DNA from: Gaiellales bacterium
GTDB taxonomy: Bacteria > Actinomycetota > Thermoleophilia > Gaiellales > Gaiellaceae
Assembly (NCBI GenBank): GCA_038237515.1
Contig: JBBRYP010000009.1
Span: 7,953 to 71,952, forward strand
DNA: 64,000 nt
Direction of reading: 5' to 3'
Numbering within the stretch: position 1 is the first letter of the stretch; every line of letters begins with the position of its first letter. Under the pieces are notes generated by a model. The model saw nothing but the letters and a program-made list of their open reading frames with translations. It was not told where the DNA came from and did no database searches. The position numbers and the translations under genes were made by a program. Of this stretch, positions 44,457 through 54,327 are shown piece by piece.

Positions 44457-45797
44457 GTGCTCGACCCGAAGATCTTCAAGGCGTACGACGTGCGCGGGAT
44501 CTATCCGACCGAGCTCGACGAGGAGGGGGCGTACGCCATCGGCCGGGCATACGCGGCGCACCTCGAACCCAGCCGGATCGCGGTCGGGCGAGATATGCGC
44601 CTGTCGGCTCCGGGGATCGCGCAGGCGGTGATGGACGGCGCCGCCGACGGCGGGGTCGATGTCCTCGATCTGGGGCTCGTCGGCACGGAGATGGTCTATT
44701 TCGCGGTGGGAGAGCTCGGGCTGGGCGGAGGCATCGCGGTCACCGCCTCGCACAACCCGAAGGAGTACACGGGCATGAAGATCGTCCGGCGCGGCGCGCT
44801 TCCCGTCGGCGGCGAGTCGGGCCTGCTCGACATCCGCGACCGCGCCCTCCGCGGCTTCGACCGGAGCGCCGCCCGTGGCCGGATCCGCCCCGCCGACGTC
44901 TGGCCCGCGTTCGTCGAGCGCGTGCTGTCGTTCGTCGAGCTCGAGCGAATCCGGCCGCTGCGCGTCGTCCTCGATGCGGCGAACGGGATGGCCGGGGCGA
45001 TGCTCCCGCCGGTGCTCGAACGCCTCCCGATCGACACCGTCCGCTGCTACTTCGATCCGGACGGGAGCTTCCCGAACCACGAGCCGAACCCGCTCCTGCC
45101 CGAGAATCGCGAGTTCATCGTCTCGAAGACGCTGGCGGAGGAGGCCGACTTCGGGGTTGCCTTCGACGGCGATGCCGATCGGTGCTTCTTCGTCGACGAT
45201 ACCGGTGAGTTCGTCCCGGGAGACTTCGTCACGGCGCTGCTCGCGGAGTCGATCCTCGCCCGTCACCCCGGGGAGAAGGTGATCTACGACGTGCGCGCCA
45301 GCTGGGCCGTGCCGGAGACGATCGAGCGCGCGGGTGGGACCGCCCTCGTGAACCGGGTCGGCCATGCCTACATCAAGCATCGGATGCGGAAAGACGATGC
45401 GGTCTTCGGCGGCGAGGTCTCCGGCCACTACTACTTCCGCGAGTTCTCGCAGGCCGACTCCGGGGTGATCCCGTTCCTGCTCATGCTCGAACTCGTCTCC
45501 ATGCGAGCGGCCCGGCTGTCCGAGATCCTCGAGCCCTACCGCAAGCGCTACTTCATCACCGGCGAGCTCAACACGCCCGTCCCCGACGTCGCGCTCAAGC
45601 TCCAGGAGCTGCAGGAGCACTTCGGACGGGAGGGGAGGGTGAGCCATCTCGACGGGGTCTCGATCGACGCGCAGGATTGGCACATGAACGTCCGGCCATC
45701 GAACACGGAGCCGCTTCTGCGCCTGAACCTCGAAGCACGCACGTCGGAGCTGATGGAGCGAAAGCGCGACGAGGTGCTCGCGATGATCCGCTCCTGA
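44457..45797 (+). CDS. Phosphomannomutase/phosphoglucomutase
   Basis: GTG 44457. FKAYDVRGIYP, the catalytic loop TASHNPKEYTGMKI, FDGDADRCFFVD, GEVSGHYYF. Confidence 0.92.
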   Translation: MLDPKIFKAYDVRGIYPTELDEEGAYAIGRAYAAHLEPSRIAVGRDMRLSAPGIAQAVMDGAADGGVDVLDLGLVGTEMVYFAVGELGLGGGIAVTASHNPKEYTGMKIVRRGALPVGGESGLLDIRDRALRGFDRSAARGRIRPADVWPAFVERVLSFVELERIRPLRVVLDAANGMAGAMLPPVLERLPIDTVRCYFDPDGSFPNHEPNPLLPENREFIVSKTLAEEADFGVAFDGDADRCFFVDDTGEFVPGDFVTALLAESILARHPGEKVIYDVRASWAVPETIERAGGTALVNRVGHAYIKHRMRKDDAVFGGEVSGHYYFREFSQADSGVIPFLLMLELVSMRAARLSEILEPYRKRYFITGELNTPVPDVALKLQELQEHFGREGRVSHLDGVSIDAQDWHMNVRPSNTEPLLRLNLEARTSELMERKRDEVLAMIRS

Positions 45798-45824
45798 GCT
45801 GCGCCGTTCGAGCGCCGGCGACGC

Positions 45825-46346
45825 GTGTCGCCGGCAAGAGATGCCGCGGCGTCTACGATCGGGGCCGTGAGTCGGCGGGCGGGCCAGGTCACGGAGCGCA
45901 GGCCGCCCTTCCGTTTCTCCGCGTTCGCCCGCGTCGGCTTCTCGGACACCGATGCGCAGGGCATCGTCTATTACGGCCGGTACCTACCCTTCTTCGACGG
46001 CGCCCGTGTCGAGTACCACCGGCACCTGGGCCTCCTGCGGCTCGAGCCGCGCGAGCATGAGTTCGTGATGCGCGCGTGCACGATCGACTATCTCGCCCCG
46101 GCTCGCTTCGACGACGAGCTCGAGATCTTCGTGCGGGTGAGCCGTATCGGCCGCACGAGCGCGACGTACGAATTCGCGGCGTCCCGGGTACCCGACGACG
46201 TGCTCATGGTCACGGCCACGCAGACGCTCGTGCTCGTTGACGTGAAGCGGCGGCGGCCGGTCGAGGTCGACCAGGAGTACAGACGCGGCATCGAGCGTCT
46301 CGAGCGAGGTGCCGCCTCCGCCGGATCCCCTCGGACGGGGGATTGA
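45825..46346 (+). CDS. YbgC/4HBT-family acyl-CoA thioesterase
   Basis: VGFSDTDAQGIVYYGRYLPFFDGARVEY. The start may be a downstream GTG. Confidence 0.8.
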   Translation: MSPARDAAASTIGAVSRRAGQVTERRPPFRFSAFARVGFSDTDAQGIVYYGRYLPFFDGARVEYHRHLGLLRLEPREHEFVMRACTIDYLAPARFDDELEIFVRVSRIGRTSATYEFAASRVPDDVLMVTATQTLVLVDVKRRRPVEVDQEYRRGIERLERGAASAGSPRTGD

Positions 46347-46582
46347 GTCGTTCCGGGGGTGCGCTTTCATGTGGTGGGTGACGGATCAGCAGCGATGGAT
46401 CTTCATGCGCGGACTCGAAGGACGGCCGGCGCTCGTGCGCTGGTTCGGGGGGCACGCGGTTCGCTTCTACCTCAAGGTCAGGGTCCGAGAGCGCCAGAGC
46501 CCTGCCAGAAGAGTCAACCAGGGCGCCTGACAGGCATCCACCGGGGCCACTTCCCGGTGAGGTCACCAATGCGCGAGCCGGC

Positions 46583-46948
46583 GTGAGCCGTGCTCAGGTC
46601 TACCGCGGGGCGCTCGAGGCGGTCGACCGTGTCGTCAATCGCGGCGGCGACGCGGATGACGTGCTGCGCGCCGTCGCCGCGATCCTCCACGAGCGGGCCG
46701 GCTACGCCAGGGCGGGGGTCTCCTTCGCTGGCGAGGGAAGGCTCGAGCTCGGCTCTGGGGCGGGCACTCCCGGCGGCGCGCCCGCGAGGTTCGCTGTCAC
46801 CTTCGGCGGTCGGGAAGTCGCCGCGCTCGAGGTCCTGCCCGCACCGCGGACCGGCGACGAGCGTGCCTTCCTTGAGCGGGTCGCGCTCCTCGTCTCGCCC
46901 TACTGCTCCAGCGCCGCAGACAGCGGCGGCGAGGCCCGACGGGCGTAG
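46583..46948 (+). CDS. Small GAF-like domain protein
   Basis: 121 aa. VLRAVAAILHERAGYARAGVSF..., high third-position GC. Family assignment is tentative. Confidence 0.5.
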   Translation: MSRAQVYRGALEAVDRVVNRGGDADDVLRAVAAILHERAGYARAGVSFAGEGRLELGSGAGTPGGAPARFAVTFGGREVAALEVLPAPRTGDERAFLERVALLVSPYCSSAADSGGEARRA

Positions 46949-46966
46949 CGCCTCCCTGCCGTCGGA

Positions 46967-49174
46967 TCACGACGGAGTCATGCGATACGCGTCGAAGACG
47001 GCCTCGACGTTCCGCAGCGCCGTCAGCAGCGAGCGCAACTCCTTGACGTCCCCGACCTCCGCCGTGTACCAGTTCTTCGCGAGCTGATCCTCGACGACGC
47101 CGCCGTAGGACACGATGTTGGCGCCGTGCTCGGCGAACGTCCGCGCGACGTCCTCGAGCAGGCGCGACCGATCCCAGGCATCGACCGCGATCTGGACGCG
47201 AAAGCTCGAGGAGGTGACGCCGCCGTCCCAAGAGACCGGCGTGAAGCGTTCGGCGTTCCGGCGCAGCGTCTTCACGTTCGGGCAGTCCTCGCGGTGGATG
47301 GTGATCCCCTTGCCGAGCGAGATGTAGCCGACGATCGGGTCGCCCGGCACCGGTGTGCAGCACTTCGCGAGCCGGACGAGCACGTCCTCGACTCCCGTCA
47401 CGGCGATGCCGACGTTGTCGCTCGAGACGACGTTCCTCGCCTTCGGCGCCTTGAGCGGGATGGTCTCCTCGGATGCGACCTCTTCCGTCTTCAGCCGCTG
47501 GATCACCTTCTTGACGATCTGCCCTGCCTGGAGCTTCCCCTGGCCGAGCGCGATGTAGAAGTCCTCGGCTTTCTTGAAGCCCGTCTCTCGGATCACCTGG
47601 GCGAGCACCGCCGATCCGACGAGCTTGCGGTAGGGGAGGTTCTGCGAGCGGAGCGCGGACTCCAGCGCCTCACGCCCCTTCTGCTCGGAGTCCTCGCGGT
47701 TCTCGCGCGAGAACCACTGGCGGATCTTGTTCCGCGCGCGGGAGGAGGCCGCGAGCGACATCCAGTCGCGTGACGGGCCTCGGCCGCTCTTCGCGGTCAG
47801 GATTTCGACGAAGTCGCCGCTGCGCAGCCGGTAGTGGAGCGGCACGATCCGACCGTTCACCTTCGAGCCGACGGTGCGGTGCCCGACGTCCGTGTGCACG
47901 GCGTAGGCGAAGTCGATCGGAGTCGACCCCGCCGGCAGCGTCTTCACGGCGCCCTTGGGGGTGAAGACGTACACCTCCTCGTCGAGCAGGTCGGTTCGGA
48001 AGTTCTTCATGAACTCGCGCGGATCGGACTCGTCCGCCTGCCCGTCGATCAGCTGCTTGACCCAGGCGCGCCACTCGGCATCCTGACGGCCGCCCTTGCG
48101 GCGTTTGTAGAGCCAGTGCGCGGCGATCCCGAGTTCGGCGATGTCGTGCATCTCCCGCGTGCGCACCTGGATCTCGAGCGGCCGGCCCTTGGGTCCGATC
48201 ACGGTCGTGTGCAGGGCGCGGTAGCCGTTGAACTTCGGCATCGCGATGTAGTCCTTGAAGCGGCCGGGCATCGGCTTCCAGAGCGAGTGGATGAGGCCGA
48301 GCGCGCCGTAGCAGTCGCGCGTCCCCTCGTCCCCGGAGCGCTCGGCGATCACGCGCATCGCCGTCAGGTCGTAGATCTCGTTGAACTCGCGACCCTTCTT
48401 GGCCATCTTGTCGTAGATGGAGTAGAAGTGTTTGGCGCGACTCGAGATCTCGGCCGGGATGTCGACCTTGTCAAGCTCTTTCTGGAGCACTCCGGCCGCC
48501 TCCCGCACGTGCTCCTCGCGGTCGGCCCGCCGCTCCGCGACCATCGTCTTGATCTCGGCGTACTTGCGCGGGTGGAGCGTCGCGAAGGCGAGGTCCTCCA
48601 GCTCCCATTTGAGCTCGTGGATGCCCAGGCGGTGCGCGAGGGGCGCGTAGACTTCGAGCGCCTCCTTCGCCTTGCGCACCTGGGTCTGCTTGCCGAGATA
48701 CTCGATCGTGCGCAGGTTGTGGAGACGGTCGGCGAGCTTGATGAGGATCACGCGCCGATCCTCGGCCATGGCCATGATCATCTTCCGGTAGTTCTCGGCC
48801 TCCGCGTGCTCCCGGCTTTGGAAGTGGATCCGGGTCAGCTTCGTCACCCCGTCGACGAGCTTCGCGACCTCCTCCCCGAACTCCGCCCGCAGCGTGTCGA
48901 GGCTCGTATCCGTGTCCTCGACGACGTCGTGGAGAAGCGCGGCGGCGAGCACCGGTTCCTCCTGGCGCAGCTCCGCCAGGATCTTCGCGACGCCGAACGG
49001 GTGGATGATGAACTCCTCGCCGGAGCGGCGTTGCTGGCCTTCGTGCGCCTCCGCAGCGGCATGGAAGGCCCGCGTAAGCAGCTCCCGATCCACGTCCGGG
49101 TTGTACGCGGCGACATCGGAGATCAGCTCGTCGACCCGATCCTGCTGGCGCTCGGCTGCCTCCACGACGGCCAT
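46967..49174 (-). CDS. relA: Bifunctional (p)ppGpp synthetase/hydrolase Rel
   Basis: 735 aa. HD domain (HPFGVAKIL...LLHDVVEDT), synthetase domain (YRALHTTV), and TGS and ACT regions. Confidence 0.95.
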   Translation of the reverse strand: MAVVEAAERQQDRVDELISDVAAYNPDVDRELLTRAFHAAAEAHEGQQRRSGEEFIIHPFGVAKILAELRQEEPVLAAALLHDVVEDTDTSLDTLRAEFGEEVAKLVDGVTKLTRIHFQSREHAEAENYRKMIMAMAEDRRVILIKLADRLHNLRTIEYLGKQTQVRKAKEALEVYAPLAHRLGIHELKWELEDLAFATLHPRKYAEIKTMVAERRADREEHVREAAGVLQKELDKVDIPAEISSRAKHFYSIYDKMAKKGREFNEIYDLTAMRVIAERSGDEGTRDCYGALGLIHSLWKPMPGRFKDYIAMPKFNGYRALHTTVIGPKGRPLEIQVRTREMHDIAELGIAAHWLYKRRKGGRQDAEWRAWVKQLIDGQADESDPREFMKNFRTDLLDEEVYVFTPKGAVKTLPAGSTPIDFAYAVHTDVGHRTVGSKVNGRIVPLHYRLRSGDFVEILTAKSGRGPSRDWMSLAASSRARNKIRQWFSRENREDSEQKGREALESALRSQNLPYRKLVGSAVLAQVIRETGFKKAEDFYIALGQGKLQAGQIVKKVIQRLKTEEVASEETIPLKAPKARNVVSSDNVGIAVTGVEDVLVRLAKCCTPVPGDPIVGYISLGKGITIHREDCPNVKTLRRNAERFTPVSWDGGVTSSSFRVQIAVDAWDRSRLLEDVARTFAEHGANIVSYGGVVEDQLAKNWYTAEVGDVKELRSLLTALRNVEAVFDAYRMTPS

Positions 49175-49433
49175 GCGCCCAGTCTACTCCCGGCCTCCGG
49201 CGATCGATCCCCCGTCGAGGGGAGGACGCCGCGGCAGGGATTGCCGTTACGACATTGAACCGATGGAACCGGTGCTTCGACGACGTCGAACCCGACGCAG
49301 GGCCCTCGAGCTCGCCCGCCTCCTGCTCGCGCTCGACGCGGCCTCGGGGGCTGAGTCCGGGGCGACGCCTCGCACGAGCCGCATCTCGCTGCGAGCGGCG
49401 CGCGGCTGAGCCCGGGTGCGGCGGCCGCGGCTC

Positions 49434-51305
49434 TTACGCAGCCTGCGCGAGCGGCGGAGCCTCGAGCAACGCTCGGAACGTCGGGGATTCGAGGAGGTGT
49501 CGCCGGTTCGACGCGCCCGCGCCAAGTCCCAGCTCGTCGAACACCGCCCTCGCGTCGTCGCTCCAGCCGCTCTCGCCTGCCCGCCACATCGCCGCGAAGC
49601 GCTCGCGCAGCGCCTCGTAGCCCTCGGACGCCTCGAAGATCTCCCGGACGACGAGTTGCGGCGCGACCGTGCCGTTCCAACGGTTCTCCTGGAGACGGAA
49701 GGCGACGTCGTAGCGGCAGGACGCCCGGAAACGGTCGAGGTCGCGGCCCCGGCCGAAGGCGATCGCGCTGCCGGCGTCGCGGCGGCGCTCGTGGACCCGG
49801 AAGCGGAGATGCTTCCCCTCCCCCACGGCGCTCAACTCGGCCAGCTCACAATCGGCGACGAGCAGCGTGACATTCGGGTTCCCGAGGCCGAAGGGCGCAA
49901 GGCGGCCAAGTTCCTCGCACAGGCCGAGGGTGAGTTCCGAGCCGTGGACGACAGCGTCGACGGCGGTGGTGCGATCGAGGTCGCGGTCGTCGAGTAGCCC
50001 ACTCGCGTGGCGTCCGAAGGCGGCGGCGAACGCATCGACGCGATCCGGTTCGATCGACAGCCCGGCAGCCGCTCGGTGGCCCCCGAAGCGGCAGAGGTGC
50101 TCGGCGCACACCGCGAGCGCGGCATGGAGGTCGAACGCGGGGATGGAGCGGCCGGAGCCCTTCCAATCGCCCGCCGTGCCGGCGATCATCACGACCGGCC
50201 TCGAGAACCGCTCGACGAGCCGAGACGCGACGATTCCGATGACGCCTTCGTGCCAGCCCTCGTCCGCGAGCACGTAACCCCGCTGCCCGCGTCGCGAGGG
50301 CGGCCAGCTCTCCACCTGGGCGAGCGCCTCCCGCAGAATGCGATCCTCGACCGCCTGACGATCGCGATTGAGCTCCTCGAGACGGGCAGCGAGCTCCTCG
50401 GCCGGCGCGGCGTCGTCGGTCAGCAGCAGCTCGAGGGCGGCCTCCGGTCTTCCGAGCCGGCCGGCCGCGTTGATCCGCGGAGCGAGCCGGAAGCCGACGC
50501 CCGCCTCGTCCACCGTCGCGGGATCGACCCGAGCGCTCTGCATGAGCGCCCGGAGCCCGGGCTTCTGCGTGCGCGCGAGGCGCTTCAGGCCCGCGGACGC
50601 GAGCGCGCGGTTCTCGTCGACGAGCGGGACGACGTCGGCGATCGTGGCGAGGGCGACGAGGTCGAGATGGCGCTCCAGCAGCTCCGCCTCTGCCCCGAGG
50701 AGCGCCTGGCCGAGCTTGTAGACGACGCCGGTTCCGCAGAGCTCGGGGAAGGGATACTCGGACGGGCGCGTTGCGACGATGGGACAGGCGGGAAGCGTCT
50801 CTCCCGGCCTGTGGTGATCGGTGACGACGACCTCCAGGCCGGCCGCCCGCGCTTCCGCGACCTCGTCGATGGCGGTGATCCCGCAGTCGACCGTGAGCAC
50901 GAGGCCGCACCCTTGATCCGAGAGCCGGGCCAGCGTCTCGCGCGAGACGCCGTACCCCTCCTCGAAGCGGCTCGGGAGATGCCACTCGACGTCGGCACCC
51001 AGTTCGCGCAGGACGAGCACCGCCAGAGCTGTGGCGCAGATGCCGTCGACGTCGTAGTCACCGTGCACGCAGATGCGTCGACCGGCGTCGATCGCCCTGC
51101 GGATCGCGGCGCAGGCCTCGTCCATCGCGCCGAGCAGGAACGGGTCGTGAAGGGGCGGCCGTCCCTCGAGGAAGCGCTTCGCGGGCTCGACTTCGGCGAG
51201 TCCGCGGCGGACGAGCACGCTCGCCGTCGTAGCGCTCACACCGAGCGCCTCGGCCAGCGAGGCGGCCGCGCGAGGCGGGCAGGGAGCACGGATCGTCCAG
51301 CTCAT
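49434..51305 (-). CDS. recJ: Single-stranded-DNA-specific exonuclease RecJ
   Basis: 623 aa. VHGDYDVDGI, TVDCGI, VVTDHH (DHH motifs), GGHRAAAG (DHHA1). Confidence 0.92.
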   Translation of the reverse strand: MSWTIRAPCPPRAAASLAEALGVSATTASVLVRRGLAEVEPAKRFLEGRPPLHDPFLLGAMDEACAAIRRAIDAGRRICVHGDYDVDGICATALAVLVLRELGADVEWHLPSRFEEGYGVSRETLARLSDQGCGLVLTVDCGITAIDEVAEARAAGLEVVVTDHHRPGETLPACPIVATRPSEYPFPELCGTGVVYKLGQALLGAEAELLERHLDLVALATIADVVPLVDENRALASAGLKRLARTQKPGLRALMQSARVDPATVDEAGVGFRLAPRINAAGRLGRPEAALELLLTDDAAPAEELAARLEELNRDRQAVEDRILREALAQVESWPPSRRGQRGYVLADEGWHEGVIGIVASRLVERFSRPVVMIAGTAGDWKGSGRSIPAFDLHAALAVCAEHLCRFGGHRAAAGLSIEPDRVDAFAAAFGRHASGLLDDRDLDRTTAVDAVVHGSELTLGLCEELGRLAPFGLGNPNVTLLVADCELAELSAVGEGKHLRFRVHERRRDAGSAIAFGRGRDLDRFRASCRYDVAFRLQENRWNGTVAPQLVVREIFEASEGYEALRERFAAMWRAGESGWSDDARAVFDELGLGAGASNRRHLLESPTFRALLEAPPLAQAA

Positions 51306-51391
51306 CCCGATCGACGGTACGGACGCCGTCGGACGCCGTCCTTGCGGGACGCAGCGAGTCCGAGCCGACGCGCGGCGAGGGCCAGGGGAAA

Positions 51392-51625
51392 GCGAGGGGC
51401 GAGTGAATCGCTGCGCTTTGCCGGGGGGCTCTCGCCCCCCGAGACCCCCGGCCGCCTACACCCTTCGAGGAGTTATCGCTACGGCTTCGCCTCCGCTCCA
51501 AGGGGGGAACGGGGTTCCCCCCTTCGCCCCCTCCGGACACGTGCACTCGCCTGCCGGCTCGTGCATACCAACCAGTCCTCCAAGAACGCCGAGAGGTTCT
51601 CTGGGCACAGATGCTCTCCATCACC
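51392..51625 (-). repeat. Copy C of the structured repeat (full length), 87 nt upstream of and co-oriented with recJ
   Basis: The reverse complement begins GGTGATGGAGAGCATCTGTGCCCAGAGAACCTC and ends GCGATTCACTCGCCCCTCGC, colinear with 36775-37012. Confidence 0.9.
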
Positions 51626-51688
51626 GCGCGCGGGTCGCACTCGTTGCGCTCCGCATCCCCGCCCGCGGAAAGCGAAGACTCGTACGGG

Positions 51689-51970
51689 CTATTCGTGCGG
51701 GAGCGGTCCGACGAAGAAGGACAGCACCACCATGGCGCCGAGGACGGCCAACGTGACGGCGACGATCAGCCGGGGGTGCCGCTGGTTTCGCAGCGACTGG
51801 AGCGCGATCCTCACCCAGAGCGCGATCAGCATGACGGCGGCTCCGACGGCTGCGACGATCACGGGCGCGAGCACTGCGGCTCGATCCCACGAAAGCTCGA
51901 AGAGATACGCGACGAGGACGGTCACGCCCGCACACGCGAGCGCAGAACCGACGAGCAGCCTCGGCCTCAT
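51689..51970 (-). CDS. Small membrane protein (3 TM, 93 aa)
   Basis: Three hydrophobic helices, high third-position GC, no family recognised. Confidence 0.5.
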   Translation of the reverse strand: MRPRLLVGSALACAGVTVLVAYLFELSWDRAAVLAPVIVAAVGAAVMLIALWVRIALQSLRNQRHPRLIVAVTLAVLGAMVVLSFFVGPLPHE

Positions 51971-52002
51971 GAGGGTATTTTCGCCGTTGGTATCCTCCGC
52001 CC

Positions 52003-52458
52003 GTGCCGGAGGCGAACTACTCGTCGGGCGAGGACTACGTCGTCCAGTTCCTCGGCTATCACTTCTGCTTCAACGCGTTCGACTTCGAGCAGCGGGTCGT
52101 GGCCGCGGCGGTCAAGCTTGGACTGCTCGAGGTGAACGAGCTCGACGAGGACGAGACGGCGGACCTGGTCGAACTCGCCGCGCACGGACGGATCTACGAA
52201 GCGCGAAGCGGTTTCGGCCGCTACCTCGTCCGCCACTGGGAACGGATCGCCCTCAACGAGGGGGAATCGCTCGTCTACTGGCTGCGAAAGCTCATCTTCC
52301 GGGGGGCGTGGCTCGACCATCGGGTCAAGGAAGGCCTGCTCGAGGTGAGCTGGGACGAGGAGGAGGCGGAGTTCGCCTATCGAGATCCCCGGGGTGGACG
52401 CGCTCTGCTGGAGCTCGCTCCCGTGCCCTCCTGGCACGCGCTCCAGTTCAGGCGGTAG
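52003..52458 (+). CDS. Hypothetical protein (151 aa, acidic)
   Basis: High third-position GC and a clean frame. The end overlaps the convergent vapC by 11 nt. No family recognised. Confidence 0.55.
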   Translation: MPEANYSSGEDYVVQFLGYHFCFNAFDFEQRVVAAAVKLGLLEVNELDEDETADLVELAAHGRIYEARSGFGRYLVRHWERIALNEGESLVYWLRKLIFRGAWLDHRVKEGLLEVSWDEEEAEFAYRDPRGGRALLELAPVPSWHALQFRR

Positions 52459-52831
52459 GTCCGCGAGTCTCGACCAGATCTCCGATCAGGGCGAAATCTT
52501 TCGGGTTCTTTGTCAAGAGCGGGACCTTGTGCACGTTCGCTGTGGCGGCGATGACGAGGTCGAGAGCTCGTCGGCGCGGCTTGCCGCCACGATTTACAAC
52601 GGCGGCCGCGAGCCGCCCCCATTCCCGGGCGACCGCGGCGTCGACCGGCAGCGGGTCGAAGGTAGCCTCGATCACGCCGAGCCGTTGTGAACGGCGAGCT
52701 CGCTCATCCTCTGAGCTGGCGACGAGGACGCCGAAGTGCAACTCCGCGAGCGACGCGGCGCTGACGGCGCCTTCGAGGTCGCCCGGACTTTCCGCGGCGA
52801 TCAGGACCGAAGTGTCGAGGAGGACGCGCAC
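52448..52831 (-). CDS. vapC: PIN-domain ribonuclease toxin VapC
   Basis: MRVLLDTSVLI...LVIAATANVHKVPLLTKNPKDF, with conserved acidic residues in the PIN arrangement. Confidence 0.85.
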   Translation of the reverse strand: MRVLLDTSVLIAAESPGDLEGAVSAASLAELHFGVLVASSEDERARRSQRLGVIEATFDPLPVDAAVAREWGRLAAAVVNRGGKPRRRALDLVIAATANVHKVPLLTKNPKDFALIGDLVETRGPTA

Positions 52832-53083
52832 CTATCTGGCGAAGACATCGGTGATCTCCCCGGGAAGCCTCGCCAGATCGTCGTCGAGCGTCTGCGGCGC
52901 CGGCGTCTGCCAGACGCGCTGCATCGCAGGCCCGTCCACCCATTGGCGTGAGCGCTCCGGTCCAAGTCGGGCGACCGGACGGCCCGCAACGGTAACCGTG
53001 AATTCTTCGCCCGACTCAGCCCGCCGCAGCACCTCGCCGACGTTGTTGCGTAACTCCTTCTGGGGAATCGTGGTCACGGCCAC
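52832..53083 (-). CDS. vapB: Phd/YefM-type antitoxin
   Basis: ELRNNVGEVLRRAESGEEFTVTVAGRPVARL. Its stop abuts the vapC start. Confidence 0.8.
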   Translation of the reverse strand: MAVTTIPQKELRNNVGEVLRRAESGEEFTVTVAGRPVARLGPERSRQWVDGPAMQRVWQTPAPQTLDDDLARLPGEITDVFAR

Positions 53084-53141
53084 AGGGTAGCAGTTCTGCT
53101 ACCTACCCTTGTCCTGTCCGCATCCCGCGTCTCCGTACGCA

Positions 53142-54152
53142 TCAGAAGAGCGCGCGTGCAGCCTCGGTCGTCGCCCCGATGTGCTCGCGGCCGAGCGCGG
53201 TGAGGACGCGCCCGCGCGGCGTGCGCTGCATGAAGCCGAGCTGGAGCAGGTACGGCTCGTACACGTCCTCGATCGTGTCCGGCTCCTCCCCCAGCGACAC
53301 CGCCAGCGTCGAGAGGCCGACGGGGCCGCCCTCGAATTTCCACGCGATCGCCGCGAGCAGCTCGCGATCGGTCCGCTCGAGACCCGCGTCGTCGACCTCG
53401 AGCAACTCGAGCGCCTCGCGCGCGACTGCCGTCGAGATCTCTCCCTCGTGGCGCACCTCGGCGACGTCGCGGACGCGCCGAAGGATCCGGTTCGCAACCC
53501 GCGGCGTGCCGCGCGAGCGGCGGGCGATCTCGGCCGAGGCTTCGGGGGTGATGGCGACGGCGAGGATCGCGGCCGAGCGCGTCACGATCCGGGCCAGCTG
53601 TTCGGCGTCGTAATAGCCGAGGCGGAACGTCATCCCGAAGCGGTCGCGCAGCGGCGTCGTGAGCAGGCCCGTCCGCGTCGTCGCGCCGACGAGGGTGAAC
53701 GGCGGCAGGTCGAGGGTCAGCGTCCGGGCGGCCGCCCCCTGCCCGACGACGATGTCGAGGCGAAAGTCCTCGAGCGCCGGGTAGAGGATCTCCTCGACCG
53801 CCGGGTTCAGACGATGGATCTCGTCGATGAAGAGCACGTCGCGCCGCTCCAGCGAGGTCAGAATCGCCGCCAGGTCCCCCTTTCGCTCGAGCGCGGGACC
53901 CGCGACGGTGCGGAGGCCGACGCCGAGCTCCGAGCGCACGATGTACGCGAGGCTCGTCTTGCCGAGCCCGGGCGGCCCGACGAGCAGGACGTGGTCGAGC
54001 GCCTCTTCGCGGGCGCGTGTCGCCTCCAGCGCCACGCGAAGCTGCTCCTTCGTCCGCTCCTGACCCACGAACTCGTCGAGGGCGCGCGGTCGCAGCGAGC
54101 GCTCGACCGCATCCTCCTCCGGCTGGAGCACCGGCGCGAGAAAGTCGTTCAC
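53142..54152 (-). CDS. ruvB: Holliday junction branch migration helicase RuvB
   Basis: [13 protein letters not shown], Walker [12 protein letters not shown], Walker [10 protein letters not shown]. Confidence 0.96.
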   Translation of the reverse strand: MNDFLAPVLQPEEDAVERSLRPRALDEFVGQERTKEQLRVALEATRAREEALDHVLLVGPPGLGKTSLAYIVRSELGVGLRTVAGPALERKGDLAAILTSLERRDVLFIDEIHRLNPAVEEILYPALEDFRLDIVVGQGAAARTLTLDLPPFTLVGATTRTGLLTTPLRDRFGMTFRLGYYDAEQLARIVTRSAAILAVAITPEASAEIARRSRGTPRVANRILRRVRDVAEVRHEGEISTAVAREALELLEVDDAGLERTDRELLAAIAWKFEGGPVGLSTLAVSLGEEPDTIEDVYEPYLLQLGFMQRTPRGRVLTALGREHIGATTEAARALF

Positions 54153-54327
54153 GCGCGTCCCTCGCCGGCGGCGGCTCCCGCCCGGCAGAGCCGGGCTCCG
54201 CCGCCGCCTGACGTCGCTCGCAGCACCCGGCTCTCCGGGCCCTCACTAGACGTACTGTCCCCTCCGGCCGGGCACCGCGAGCGACGCCCGAGGAACGCGC
54301 GGGCGTTGGTGGTTGCCACAGGGCGTC

